From an uncultured virus (IMG/VR IMGVR_UViG_3300048839_000486) (lineage: Duplodnaviria; Heunggongvirae; Uroviricota; Caudoviricetes), in the IMG/VR virus record IMGVR_UViG_3300048839_000486: a stretch of 64,000 nt of DNA; one strand, 5' to 3'. Shown here in pieces: positions 46,601 through 55,958 of the stretch. Position numbers and translations under genes: made by a program. The first letter of the stretch is position 1, and each line of letters starts with the position of its first letter. Below the pieces are notes generated by a model. The model was given only the letters and a program-made list of their open reading frames with translations. It made no database searches and was not told the DNA's origin.

Positions 46601-47537
46601 CTGCCTCCGTCACTGGAACGAGCGAGGACCCGTAACCAAGGATGCCCGCATTCACAAGGACTGCCCGCGCCGCCGCGTCCGACAGCGGATTCCCGCCGGT
46701 TCCCGAGAGTGAGTTAGGAACGATCACCTTCTCGTAATAATCGTTCCACTGGCCGGATGTGTCGCTAACCTCGAACTGAAGGATGAAGTACTCGAACCGC
46801 GATGGGTTTTTTGGCTGAATCGTGAGTTCTAACAGGTCCCCGGAGTCGTAGCCATTCCCGGCGCTTCCGCTTGGGGTCGAACTATTGAACTGCGACAAAT
46901 CAACCGCCGACCCAAGTAGCGTGATGGCCGATCCTAGCCCGCCGGTCCCTTTGAACTGGAAGGACTCATCGGGGCTAGCGGTCCATGTCGTCGTCGAAGG
47001 CGTGTTCGCGACCGACAGCGCAACTTCGGCGGCAAGGGCCGGCGTCGGCGCCGCCGGCGGCGGCAAGATCCCCCAATTCTGAAATTCGGTCGTCACTGCC
47101 CCGGTATTCGTAAGCGCCGGGTCCTTCAGCATCCGGCTCGCAGCGATGAAGAGATGCGGACGCGCAGCCAGGCCGGCGTCCATCTTGACGGCGCTCCACC
47201 TCTGGCCCCACGCCGGCAGCGATGCGCTCATGTTCGTCGGGGCGCTGCCCAACTGATCCATCCGAACACGGTAGATGTCCGTCCCCTCGCCGATATACAT
47301 GAACTGCTTGTTTTGCGCAGCCTCGACCTCGAACACTTCCAGGGTGTGAATCAACGAGCCGATCGCGGGACTCAACCTCGCACTCCCAAAGCGGCTGGTT
47401 AGGGTCCCTTCCTTGATCGACGTGCCGTTGAGCATGTCGTAGAATTGACCCTCCGTGAGGAAGTCGGAATCAAGTCGCTGGACGACTCCGCCGTTTTGGA
47501 ATTTGACCGGGACCTTTCTGTAATCAGAATCAGACAC
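43668..47537 (-). CDS. Tail tubular / nozzle-like structural protein
   Basis: 1289 aa, beta-rich; follows the adaptor genes as in podoviruses. Confidence 0.6.
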   Translation of the reverse strand: MSDSDYRKVPVKFQNGGVVQRLDSDFLTEGQFYDMLNGTSIKEGTLTSRFGSARLSPAIGSLIHTLEVFEVEAAQNKQFMYIGEGTDIYRVRMDQLGSAPTNMSASLPAWGQRWSAVKMDAGLAARPHLFIAASRMLKDPALTNTGAVTTEFQNWGILPPPAAPTPALAAEVALSVANTPSTTTWTASPDESFQFKGTGGLGSAITLLGSAVDLSQFNSSTPSGSAGNGYDSGDLLELTIQPKNPSRFEYFILQFEVSDTSGQWNDYYEKVIVPNSLSGTGGNPLSDAAARAVLVNAGILGYGSSLVPVTEADGSVRFVVAEADNEFDRSRPAELPLSRADDSGTGPVIKVSVPKNAFARVGAAGQTGKTWANVKAIRLWAKSAAVGDSSLTLTFTSLRMVGGSGLYNAKPGLAPYEWAYTYRNDATGHESNPSPLMIEGRYMRDVERRAVSLSGIVTSSDTQVGSVGIYRRGGTLGQDFRLVGYITNGTATFTDTLSDSDLIYSKLLEFDNDPPVTGKMPTAFMATFAGDGNTGNRTIAVTMIQPAGQNAQQVLTVGTRLLVQDNERTEWVQVQSLSGNNITVNFQAAHTGTIRLNTSSIVGVPCRFSTRAGMSVYLAGDQNNPHVLYKSKSGRPEAFPVVADGMETVHQIMVGSPSNPILGLDEYGGEVVCLNRHGIFVVRVFNGQMQDPIQTPAQRGVVCEGGWCRGDNELYYLSDDGVYRWAGGGAEKISSQIDWFFRKKTVNGRAPLDRSLAALDYVKMAFHQGEIHLVCRDTNGSTVKWVYNPVGGGRWCPNTPALEGATYSAWSTLLSFQDRLFAGRFLTSGGTTAYLYEEEVGYRDNGHAIPFMAQTGFYVMGNPSMNKLWGDVVVELESANTLTVKIYYDFNASTPDQTLTIPGAAGRRRIPLPFNTGSAKEAYAIGFRFEGDSSENTPVTLHSITFTVLDLAEIQRGRASDWLDGGYPFDKRLEQLIVEYDTNGTTVTLNLDTISGIGGNVQTLNVASFVLTGSGRSKPSFPVKRTSDGGEVICKMYRLRPTVTSADFKIFGIDMTFERRPPDTILFTEPSDLGYMCEKVFRTVTLDMDTAGTACGVGVWVDGVNVANFTHTGTAVDRVRTYSFISNMTNTQVIGRLVGLRFTPHASGKNQLFDVKYEFTREPCAKTFFDTFEQYFGSNGFKYMKQAWFEYRSESAITVKIYRDGGVLFFSKILPQQAYRDVQRFYLPAINAGVLNKSHSYRITIEGNVAGKHFYLYRDSTRIETMSLSGDARSPYAQHYLWDEMPIQK

Positions 47538-47575
47538 CGCGTTCTCCTAGTACCTTTCGCATCCGGCGCCGGACG

Positions 47576-48202
47576 CTACCCGCGCTCATCGAGCACGTCC
47601 TCCGACATGATTGCCTGCCCGAGGTTCACAATCTCGTCGATCCTCGCACGGCAATACTCCGCCCGAGAGCGGTCTTTCGCCTCGCCATCGGAACTGAAAA
47701 TCTTCCGCAGAACGAAGTACTTCAAGTACGCCGCCATTGAGTCCGGAACCAGCGGAATCGTGTCGCCAGCGAGCAACCCGGACGTAGCCGGTTGGACGGT
47801 GCAGTATGCAAGCACGGAGCCCGCCGACTCGGGAGTGGGGATCAGTTCAATGGTGTTTTTCGCGAGCTTGTCCTCGCGCCACTTGATCGGCACTCGCTCC
47901 AAAAGCCCCCGCCTGTCATCGCTCTCATCCAGATCAAAGCCCGTGCTTTTGTGAAGGTACTTGCCGTTCCAATAAACGTCCATCACCTCCATGTATTCAT
48001 CAGGCACGGCAACGACCGCCTGCCCGGAGCCAACCGCAACCGTCACCATGTCCTTACAGATCCCCGTGCGCTGAAGAAGTTCACGCACGGCCATTGTCAG
48101 GTCCGACAGGAACCCGCTTTGCGTGTAGGCCATTGTCAGACCGGCATCCTCCAGGAGAACCTTGCAGACTTCGCCGTAAACCTTTGCGACCGTGTACGCC
48201 AT
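47576..48202 (-). CDS. Head-tail adaptor-like protein
   Basis: Helical N- and C-termini around a beta core (IELIPTP); position. Confidence 0.55.
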   Translation of the reverse strand: MAYTVAKVYGEVCKVLLEDAGLTMAYTQSGFLSDLTMAVRELLQRTGICKDMVTVAVGSGQAVVAVPDEYMEVMDVYWNGKYLHKSTGFDLDESDDRRGLLERVPIKWREDKLAKNTIELIPTPESAGSVLAYCTVQPATSGLLAGDTIPLVPDSMAAYLKYFVLRKIFSSDGEAKDRSRAEYCRARIDEIVNLGQAIMSEDVLDERG

Positions 48203-48843
48203 TACTTCTCCTGCTCGATCTCAACGAAAAAGATCGGGTTGATCTTCGCTTGGTATCGGCGCAAGTCTTTCATCCGCGAGAGGAAGGACTGATACTGCAT
48301 CATTGCCGAGCGGGCGGCCATGCCGCCAGCTTTCAGTAGCAGCGAATGCACCGCGTAGAGCGTCAGAGCATCCTGAAATTCACTCGGGTATTGAGCCTCA
48401 TCGCTGGAGCCAGCCAGAGGAGTTGGCTCCGCTACGCCAGTCACCGTGATCTGCCTGCCGCCAATCCCGTCGTAGGGGTGAATCGCGAACTTGTTCAGGC
48501 CCATCGGCACCCATCGCTCCACTGGAGATTGCTGCGTCTCTGTGGACTCCGCGAGCCAGTTCTGCCGCGATCGCCCCATCGACCGAAACGACGAACGCCC
48601 AAGCGGGCGGCCAAGGAAGGCCACCCGTGTCGGAATCAGAATCCCCGCCGGCACAGCGTAGACCGCTCCCGTATTGACGCTGGTTACGCTCGCCGTCGCC
48701 GAAATGAACCCAGTGAAGAGGTTCAGGACGCGAATGGCGTCATTGATGGCGTCATCCACTTCGGCTTGCGTATAGAAGACAGTGTTGTCCTCAAGGTGCG
48801 AATACACCTGAGCCCGCAATGCTTCCAGCGTGACAACCGGCAC
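48202..48843 (-). CDS. Head-tail adaptor-like protein
   Basis: TLEALRAQV...FYTQAEVDDAINDA...FQDALTLYA pattern. Confidence 0.6.
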   Translation of the reverse strand: MPVVTLEALRAQVYSHLEDNTVFYTQAEVDDAINDAIRVLNLFTGFISATASVTSVNTGAVYAVPAGILIPTRVAFLGRPLGRSSFRSMGRSRQNWLAESTETQQSPVERWVPMGLNKFAIHPYDGIGGRQITVTGVAEPTPLAGSSDEAQYPSEFQDALTLYAVHSLLLKAGGMAARSAMMQYQSFLSRMKDLRRYQAKINPIFFVEIEQEK

Positions 48844-48857
48844 TCAGAACCCCTTCC

Positions 48858-49112
48858 CTAGTAGCGGTTCCGCTTGCTGAAATCGAACGTCTTCCCGCCG
48901 GATTCAGTCATCTCATTGAAGCGGCGGCGCTTACGATACGCCCGCTCCCAGTCTTCCGGATCAAAGTCCACAGGGTCGCCCGGACGACGCGCATCCTCTG
49001 CGGCCCGGTCCTTCGCTTCCTGCTCCAGATAGTCACCCATCGGGTTGCAGGCGCCCACATCTTCCGGTGAAGACATCGACTCCGCCAAATGATCGAACAT
49101 CGACTTCGCCAT
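48858..49112 (-). CDS. Hypothetical protein
   Basis: GGAGG RBS; 84 aa. Confidence 0.6.
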   Translation of the reverse strand: MAKSMFDHLAESMSSPEDVGACNPMGDYLEQEAKDRAAEDARRPGDPVDFDPEDWERAYRKRRRFNEMTESGGKTFDFSKRNRY

Positions 49113-49124
49113 TGAAATCCTCCA

Positions 49125-50291
49125 TCACCACCACAAACCATTCATCGAATAACCCGCATTGTTGACAGGGAGTTCCTGGAACGATGCGCCCATCGCAAGG
49201 CCGCCGATCCGCTGGTACTCCTGCTTCAACTGCGTCTGCATCTTGCCCTCATCGGCAATCTTCGCGTGCTCCAACTCCTTTTCCGACATGGCGTAGTAGG
49301 TATTCGCCGTGACCGGATCGTAGTATGGGTCTTTCCCCTCGCCCGCCTTGGTCCGTAACGCAAGCGCGGCCGCCCCATAGACGAAGACGTTGGGGTTGAT
49401 GAACGACGGCAAAAGATCCCCACTCCGCCGTAGCTCCTTCCACTGGATCGCATAGATGACGTGAATCTGCCTCACCGCCCGCTGCAACGGGTAGACCTCC
49501 ACCCGCATATTCCCCGCGAGCGACGGAGAAACGGGCGCCAAAAGAACCGGAGGCCCCGACCCCTCGCGCCGGGGGTCGATCACGTTCAGGTGCTCGATCG
49601 GGTAGTTGATCTGCAAACAAAGAGGCTGCTGCGGGTCTACAGCCCACATCAAATGCTTGAGGTTCGGCGGAAGCGTGAGGTACAGATTCAGGATGGAATA
49701 TCCGACGCCGGACGTTGACGCGCCGGCCCACGCGGCATCCAGAAGGAGCGATGTCGCACTCACGATCGCCTTGATTGTGTAGATGGGGTAGATGGACCCC
49801 AAGCGCAACTGCCGCCCGGCGAGGCGACTCATCGTGACGGAAGCGCCGAGCGAGTGAGCCTTCTGAAAGTCAGCCCGAATCCGATTCCCGACAACATCAA
49901 CAACGGAAACCACTTCGGAACCGGAACCCGTTCCCACCAGCAATAAACTGTCCGCTGTCACGCCGGCCCCGGAGGTCAATACAACTACCTGCATCCCCGG
50001 CTCGGATACCGCCGCCGCCAGCGTCGTATTCACAACATCGGACACCGGCCAATTTGTGCCAGTCCCCGCCACGGCGTCAGACCCAGCCGTCAAGGCGATT
50101 GACCCCTCGTTGTATTCCGGGTGAATCGGAAGGACGCTAGAGCGGACCAAGCCCGCCCAGATCCGACGATCAAGCACGCTGCGCACCTGCTGATTGATGA
50201 AATCCTCAGCAAGGTTCACATCCAGGTTCGGCTTCAACCTCCGAATGTGCCCGATGGCCTCGCCTAGTGTTGTGGTGAATTGCTGAGACAT
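49125..50291 (-). CDS. Adaptor-like structural protein with a beta-rich insertion
   Basis: 388 aa downstream of the capsid genes; GTGTNW segment. Confidence 0.55.
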   Translation of the reverse strand: MSQQFTTTLGEAIGHIRRLKPNLDVNLAEDFINQQVRSVLDRRIWAGLVRSSVLPIHPEYNEGSIALTAGSDAVAGTGTNWPVSDVVNTTLAAAVSEPGMQVVVLTSGAGVTADSLLLVGTGSGSEVVSVVDVVGNRIRADFQKAHSLGASVTMSRLAGRQLRLGSIYPIYTIKAIVSATSLLLDAAWAGASTSGVGYSILNLYLTLPPNLKHLMWAVDPQQPLCLQINYPIEHLNVIDPRREGSGPPVLLAPVSPSLAGNMRVEVYPLQRAVRQIHVIYAIQWKELRRSGDLLPSFINPNVFVYGAAALALRTKAGEGKDPYYDPVTANTYYAMSEKELEHAKIADEGKMQTQLKQEYQRIGGLAMGASFQELPVNNAGYSMNGLWW

Positions 50292-50302
50292 TGAGTTTCC
50301 CT

Positions 50303-50340
50303 AAAGAGAGAGGGGCGAGCGGCTAACCCGCCCGCCCCTT
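50303..50340 (-). terminator. Terminator-like hairpin after the capsid and decoration genes
   Basis: Minus strand AAGGGGCGGGCGGG-TTAG-CCGCTCGCCCCT then CTCTCTTT. Confidence 0.55.
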
Positions 50341-50386
50341 GTTTCACAAGCCGTCCATCTTTTCGCGTCCGGCGTCGGATGCGACG

Positions 50387-50749
50387 CTAGGCCGCCAGAT
50401 TGGCAAGAGCCTTCCAGGTACCCGGTGTGCCCGCTGTCGTACACACCCAGCCCGGCGCTCCCGCCGCCGATGGCTCCGTATTCCAAACGATGTCGCCACG
50501 CGCCCAAGTGCCGGCGACCGGAGCCGCAGTCCCGTAGGCCACCTTTCTCGGTGAGGAGTAGATGCCCTGCCACGTCCCGGGCGTACCGCCCGTAATGCAG
50601 AGCCACCCCAGAGGCCCCCCCGAAACCGAGCCGGGAGAGTCATTCCAGACGATGTCGCCAGCATTGAATGTGCCGGCGGTCGGGGCGGCGTCGCCCCAGT
50701 AGATCTTGTTGACCGTGTTGGCCGAAGTGTTGAACTCGCGAATTGCCAT
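50387..50749 (-). CDS. Putative capsid decoration protein with an internal duplication
   Basis: Two copies of G.AAP.AGT...GDIVWN..P...G..GW.C...GTPGTW; directly after the capsid gene. Confidence 0.6.
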   Translation of the reverse strand: MAIREFNTSANTVNKIYWGDAAPTAGTFNAGDIVWNDSPGSVSGGPLGWLCITGGTPGTWQGIYSSPRKVAYGTAAPVAGTWARGDIVWNTEPSAAGAPGWVCTTAGTPGTWKALANLAA

Positions 50750-50814
50750 ATCGAAGATCCTCCCGAGAGATCCAGCGCCGGGGCGGGGTTCAAATCCGCC
50801 CCGGCGTCAGGACA

Positions 50815-51897
50815 CTAGGCCAGCGCCGACCCCACGAGCTTGAAGCAGGTACGCGGGTTGGGCACCACCATGTTGCCGCTGAACAGGAACTGGCCGGCCA
50901 AGTTCGGTGTGTTCTGCGCCTCCTTGAACCCGGTGAAGCCCATCTGGAACTTCGGGTTGTCGGAGATGTAGAACTCCAGGTACTTGGTGTTGAGGCCGAG
51001 CATCACCTCGCTGGGCATGTACTTGTCCACCACAACGGACGCGCCGTTGAAGCGGAAAGCGCGGAACCCGATCTCCGCGAGATCGCCGGTTTCCTCGTTG
51101 AAGCGCTGGTTCGGCTGGATCGCGTTCCAGAGCTTGTTCCAGCCGCCCTGCTGCACGGTGATGAGATCGACCGCCTGATTGCCGTACCAGGCGTTGCCGA
51201 ACGCCTCGTTGATCTTCGAGAGCGAGAACGCCGTGAACGCACGGTCCACGTAGGCATTCGCCCCGCTGATCGCCGAAATCGGCGTGGTGGCGCCAGTGAA
51301 GGTCGGAGCCGAGGCAAACAGGTCGTCTCGGGTCAGCCCGCCGACGCTCAAGAACGACTTCGCCAGCGTGGTAGCCGAGGAATAGGTTCCCGGCCCCGCC
51401 GAATTGCCGTCGTCAATCCAGGCGAGCAACCCATCGAGGTTTTCGCTGGCCGAAAGCAGCCCGCCCGATGTCGTCACGTCGCCGCTGGAGGTCTGACCGT
51501 CTTTGTAGAGGTTGGACGCCAGAAGCTCCGCCATGCGCATCGAGGCGTTCGCCGTCTTGGTCTCGACGACCGAGAACGCCGCCTCACGGCCACGGTTGAG
51601 AACGTCATCCGTGCCGTACAGCGTGATGTTCACGTAGTAGAACTTCAGGTTCACGTTGAACGCCGCGTCGGTCACGACGTAGTCGATGTTGAACGTGCCC
51701 GTTCGGGTGAACGCGCCGCCGTTCAGCTTCGCGTACATGATGGGGCGAGTAATCGACGACCCGCCGGGAAAAACACGACCATTTCGGATCATGCGCGTAA
51801 TCAACGGGCTCTCTTTGTAGATCACATCCGTCGATTTGGGCACCAGAAACCGATTGGTAAAAGCGTTGATGTCGGCAACACTTGTTGGGATAGCCAT
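50815..51897 (-). CDS. Major capsid protein
   Basis: 360 aa with a strong GGAGG RBS and biased codon use; follows the scaffold gene; C-terminal GNMVVPNPRTCFKL. Confidence 0.8.
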   Translation of the reverse strand: MAIPTSVADINAFTNRFLVPKSTDVIYKESPLITRMIRNGRVFPGGSSITRPIMYAKLNGGAFTRTGTFNIDYVVTDAAFNVNLKFYYVNITLYGTDDVLNRGREAAFSVVETKTANASMRMAELLASNLYKDGQTSSGDVTTSGGLLSASENLDGLLAWIDDGNSAGPGTYSSATTLAKSFLSVGGLTRDDLFASAPTFTGATTPISAISGANAYVDRAFTAFSLSKINEAFGNAWYGNQAVDLITVQQGGWNKLWNAIQPNQRFNEETGDLAEIGFRAFRFNGASVVVDKYMPSEVMLGLNTKYLEFYISDNPKFQMGFTGFKEAQNTPNLAGQFLFSGNMVVPNPRTCFKLVGSALA

Positions 51898-51962
51898 TGC
51901 TATTACCTCCTGAACTATTTGGGGTGCTTGCCGGCATCAACGCTGAAGATTCAGCGTCATGC

Positions 51963-52862
51963 CTAGCCGTTGGTCCCCTGCCAATTTCGGGCCGCGTGCT
52001 TCGCCAACTGCCCGCGACCGAGTTCCGCTTTGGAAGCGTCGCCATCGCCGTCCGCTCCCTGAATACTCATAATCCGTTTCATCATCGGCCCCACGTCCGG
52101 GGCGCCGTTGTCGTCCGGCATCGAACCGGGGCTCATGCCCCGCTCTGCGAGGACCTTCTCCCGCTCCTCGCGCCGAACCTGCTCCAACTCTTCCTCGCGC
52201 TGCTTCGCCGCCCGCTCGTCGCGCTGGCCCTTGATGAAATCGTCGTAGGCCGTGTCCAGATCGGGCTTCTTGTTCTTCAGCGCATATTCGATCAGGCTGT
52301 CCGGGTCCAGGATCTCCCCGAACTCCTTGAAGTGCTTCAGGGCAATGACCGGCGTTCGTGTCGCCAGATGCGTGTACCCTTCGAGGTTTTTCTGCATGAA
52401 CTGCTCGACTCCGGAAGCCTTCTCGGCGATCAGCCGGTCCACGTCTTCCTTTCGGGCCAGTCCGGTTTCCTGGAGTTTGCGGTCCAGGTGGGCATTCAGT
52501 TCGTCAAACGTCACTTCGCCTCCTAACTCGATTCGTTGCTGCATCTCCTTCAACCGGGCATCGGCATCCTTGAGCTTCTGGATCTGCTCAAGCTCTCGCT
52601 TGGTCGCCCCCATCCCTTCGCCCAGTGCGTCGGGAACCCAATTCTGTCGATACCAGGCATCCCACTGGTCCGCGTGCTCTGCCCGGCCCTGAAGTGCCTC
52701 TTCCCTGCGTTGGATCTCACCCATCCGCCGGCTGTAGTCACTCTGCCGAAGCATCGACTCGCGTAACGCTGGATACTTTGCAGCCACATCTTCCAGTACC
52801 TTTCGAGCATCCCCATCCGGGATGATCGAAGCCAGCACATCTTCAAAGGCGTTCTTGCTCAT
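51963..52862 (-). CDS. Capsid scaffolding protein
   Basis: LRQSDYSRRM motif, charged and helical; directly upstream of the capsid gene. Confidence 0.7.
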   Translation of the reverse strand: MSKNAFEDVLASIIPDGDARKVLEDVAAKYPALRESMLRQSDYSRRMGEIQRREEALQGRAEHADQWDAWYRQNWVPDALGEGMGATKRELEQIQKLKDADARLKEMQQRIELGGEVTFDELNAHLDRKLQETGLARKEDVDRLIAEKASGVEQFMQKNLEGYTHLATRTPVIALKHFKEFGEILDPDSLIEYALKNKKPDLDTAYDDFIKGQRDERAAKQREEELEQVRREEREKVLAERGMSPGSMPDDNGAPDVGPMMKRIMSIQGADGDGDASKAELGRGQLAKHAARNWQGTNG

Positions 52863-52917
52863 TCGGTCCTTCTTGCGCCTTCCGCCTCATGACGGAGCCA
52901 GCGCTTCTGCCAAGCCA

Positions 52918-53286
52918 CTAACCCATCGAGATGGCGCCCGCCTGGCTTTGTGGCGCCGGATTACCCGGCATCACCTGATTGCCGTCCGGAGCGGGTTGCT
53001 CGGTCGCTTTTACGCGATCCATCAATTCCGCACCAGCCGAAATCATCGCCTTCAGGAACGGCACCGCCGATGGCTTCGTCGCCATCAACACATCGGCAAC
53101 CTCTTTCAAGGAAGCCGCCACCTCCATCAGCTTCTGTTCGAGAAAAGCCTCCGGAGTAAAACCTTCCGCCCCGCCGGCCTGCGGCGATGGAGGCATACCG
53201 GGACCGCCCTGCCCAACAAACTGGACAGCCGGCGAACCCTGCATCTGCCTCGCCACATCGGGCGGGATTGGGGGAGTTGAGGTCAT
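52918..53286 (-). CDS. Hypothetical protein
   Basis: 122 aa, P/Q-rich; between portal and scaffold. Confidence 0.6.
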   Translation of the reverse strand: MTSTPPIPPDVARQMQGSPAVQFVGQGGPGMPPSPQAGGAEGFTPEAFLEQKLMEVAASLKEVADVLMATKPSAVPFLKAMISAGAELMDRVKATEQPAPDGNQVMPGNPAPQSQAGAISMG

Positions 53287-53298
53287 ATCAATCCCCCT

Positions 53299-53571
53299 TT
53301 ACTTGCTCTGCTTCGTGGCCCGATCGGACATGGGCGCGCCGCCGGACGACTGCCATCCCTTGATCGGCTTCGGGGAAATGTCGGCAGTGGACGCAAAGGA
53401 TTCAACCTGCCGCCCATTGCTGGAGAACATGTTGCTGGACGGGGTGCTCGCGAGATCCGCTCGCGTCCCAAGGGTGTCGATGGACCCGCCACGGCGAACC
53501 GCCTCATCGTGCTCCACATTCCCCGGCCCGCGCTTGAGATCCGCCTTGCTGGCGAAAGAGTCGATACTCAT
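53299..53571 (-). CDS. Hypothetical protein
   Basis: GAGGAGG RBS; internal repeat SI[DE]SFAS.AD. Confidence 0.6.
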   Translation of the reverse strand: MSIDSFASKADLKRGPGNVEHDEAVRRGGSIDTLGTRADLASTPSSNMFSSNGRQVESFASTADISPKPIKGWQSSGGAPMSDRATKQSK

Positions 53572-53620
53572 TGCCTATCACCTCCTCGTCGCCTATAAAC
53601 GACGCTAATACCTAACTACA

Positions 53621-53635
53621 TCCGAACTAGCACAA
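53621..53635 (-). promoter_or_regulatory. Repeated late-region motif TTGTGCTAGTTCGGA, copy 2
   Basis: Identical to the copies at 35470 and 56526. Confidence 0.7.
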
Positions 53636-53660
53636 GAAAAAAGGCCAGTCAAATAATTCG

Positions 53661-55529
53661 TCAAACAGGAGAGCCGTTCCGCTGCCCTCTGGTCAATCGC
53701 AGAGATCCGGCGCCGGATGTAGGCTCTGCGCCCTGCTGCATCGCCATCAACTCTTCATCGGAAACATCATTGATTTCCAACTCCTCCAAGAGCTTCTGCC
53801 TGGAAATCGCCTTCCTGTCGAAAAGCTGGATCATCATGAGCTTCGTTCGGTCGCGGGCGCCGCCGTGCATTGATCCTGGCGTCACGCGAACAGGGAAATT
53901 CTTCCAGTAGTCAAACTTGTGAATCGGGTCCCGGTTGATCGCACTAGGGTCGCCCATGAAGTCCGGCAGACTCAACCCCTCGTCGCCCGCCAATTCCACG
54001 CGCCGATCGCGTCCGTAAAACTGAAGGGTGTTGCTCACAGCTTGGACCCCGCTATCCCGCAAAAACACTTCCGTCAGCCGGCCCTCCAGCCGCGCCCCGG
54101 ACGGGTTCGCGTCCCGGATCTGCTCAATGGTATCGCCACCGGGGACCTGCTTCTTCCCGCCAAGCACGGCAATATCGAAAATGCCGGTCAGCTTGTCGAA
54201 CTCGGGACCCAGATAACTGGTCAGTGCCTGAAATACGTAAGAGGGGATCTCGGGCGGGCGCGAAAACTGAATATCCTGCTGCGGGTTCGAGAGCGTCCCG
54301 TCCAACCTCAACTTCGAGCCCGGCATATCGGGCAGGAACCGCATCCATGCCTCATTACTAACGCTGGACCCCTTTGCAATCGTGGTGGGGTTCAGTGCCC
54401 GCTTCACCATGTCCAGCAACCCTGAGACGATCTGGTTGATAGCATCGTTCATCGGCAGGAGATCGCGATACTTCGACAAACCCCAGAAGCTCCAGAAAAC
54501 CGGGTTCAGGCGTAGAGTCGCGAACGGATACAGGCCATGCCAGTATGGCGATGGCCCGTCGTAAACAATCGAATCGCCAATGAAAATCACGAGCCGCTTC
54601 CGGGGGTAGAGGCGCTGTCCCGGTTTCACCCGATACCACCAATTGTGCTCCTCCAGCGTGAGATTGGGAGCCCTCATGATGACATCAGCCCTGGATTCAT
54701 TAACGCTCAGGTCGTCGATGTAGTATTCCTGCCATTCGACCGACTTGAACGCCGATGTGTCCAGCGACATATCCGTCGCAGACGGTGAGCGCTGAGAAAG
54801 GAACCTCTGCATCTGTGGGGCGAGCCCGCTCCACGTGTGGCTATCAAGGTGATCCGGCTTGGTGTATGCACTCGCACTGCCGGCCAAGTAGGACGACTTC
54901 GCATTGCGGTCAATCTCTTTGGCCTTGCGGGGAAACTTCTGGAGCGCGAAGGCGAGCGGCTTCCATGTCCGGTAGAGGACGGCTGTGGACTCCTGGATTC
55001 CGAACCCTGGCTGAATCGGCATGACCATATCGGGTCCACATGGTTGCATCCGCATCATGCCCGGCGCCGAAGCGGAGAGCTTGGCGAACCCGGTTCCGCA
55101 GACTGCCGCGATGTCTGCGACGCTTACCAGCGACAGGTCCATGTCGTTATTGATCCACTCCTCCTCGATGATTCGGCGGATCATCTTGGCGTGCGCGATC
55201 GCATCGGGGTCCTTGCTGCGACTCCGTACCTCGATGTCTGGCCGCGAATCAGTGAGAAGCGCGAGATGGGTTGTTCGCGCCAGCCCCGTCTTGTTGATGT
55301 AGGCAGAGCTTTTATACCGGGCGCGGCGCCCGAACTGATTCCACTGGTCCCCTTCGAGGTACTTCTGATACACACGAATTCGGTCTTCTTCCGGAGACAT
55401 CTTCCGGAACTTGAGGGCTTCCTCGTAAGCCTGCCCCCTCCACGCAGACATTAGAGACTCGTAAGCCTCTGGCTTGTCGGCAACGTCGCCGTCGCCCATG
55501 TAAACCGGACCTCGCGGAGTAAGTTGCAT
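53661..55529 (-). CDS. Portal protein
   Basis: 622 aa downstream of terminase; YLEGDQW...PDIEV...GTGFAK...FWGLS...LLPMNDAIN, a P22-like portal pattern. Confidence 0.8.
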   Translation of the reverse strand: MQLTPRGPVYMGDGDVADKPEAYESLMSAWRGQAYEEALKFRKMSPEEDRIRVYQKYLEGDQWNQFGRRARYKSSAYINKTGLARTTHLALLTDSRPDIEVRSRSKDPDAIAHAKMIRRIIEEEWINNDMDLSLVSVADIAAVCGTGFAKLSASAPGMMRMQPCGPDMVMPIQPGFGIQESTAVLYRTWKPLAFALQKFPRKAKEIDRNAKSSYLAGSASAYTKPDHLDSHTWSGLAPQMQRFLSQRSPSATDMSLDTSAFKSVEWQEYYIDDLSVNESRADVIMRAPNLTLEEHNWWYRVKPGQRLYPRKRLVIFIGDSIVYDGPSPYWHGLYPFATLRLNPVFWSFWGLSKYRDLLPMNDAINQIVSGLLDMVKRALNPTTIAKGSSVSNEAWMRFLPDMPGSKLRLDGTLSNPQQDIQFSRPPEIPSYVFQALTSYLGPEFDKLTGIFDIAVLGGKKQVPGGDTIEQIRDANPSGARLEGRLTEVFLRDSGVQAVSNTLQFYGRDRRVELAGDEGLSLPDFMGDPSAINRDPIHKFDYWKNFPVRVTPGSMHGGARDRTKLMMIQLFDRKAISRQKLLEELEINDVSDEELMAMQQGAEPTSGAGSLRLTRGQRNGSPV

Positions 55530-55535
55530 CTTCGT

Positions 55536-55958
55536 CTACACCCACTGACCCGGAATGCCGGCTGTCTCGATCTTTCGCCCTGTGGCATCCACTCGCGCAT
55601 TTGGGTTCACGTCGTCCGGCATCGACAAACCCTCAGCCCGGCAGTAGTCCCGGACATCCTGCCGCGTCCGCAGAAAGTCTTTTTCCACCCCGCCTTCGGG
55701 GTCCCGGCTGGAGCGCCGGCGAACGACATGAATCCCTTCCTCTGTGAACCCCGGCTGCTCACGATCCTGCTGACGAACTCCGTAGGACCCCCACGGCTTC
55801 GCCCAGATTGTCTTTGGGGCAGGGAATTGACGCTCCATCGTGGCGCCGCATTCCGGGCACTTGGGGTCCGGCGAGTCCCACGATCGAAGCAGGCTCTCGC
55901 AGCGGACCCCATTACGCCCACACCCATCCGCTCGGCAAATGAAGTCGTAAGTAACCAA
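55536..55958 (-). CDS. FmdB-like zinc-ribbon protein
   Basis: TYDFIC...C...KCPECG.TMERQF. Confidence 0.7.
   Translation of the reverse strand: MVTYDFICRADGCGRNGVRCESLLRSWDSPDPKCPECGATMERQFPAPKTIWAKPWGSYGVRQQDREQPGFTEEGIHVVRRRSSRDPEGGVEKDFLRTRQDVRDYCRAEGLSMPDDVNPNARVDATGRKIETAGIPGQWV

Noticed and set aside
50775..50807. tRNA fragment (GGTTCAAATCC)
   Set aside because: It lies in a long perfect stem with no anticodon arm or CCA; treated as an mRNA hairpin.
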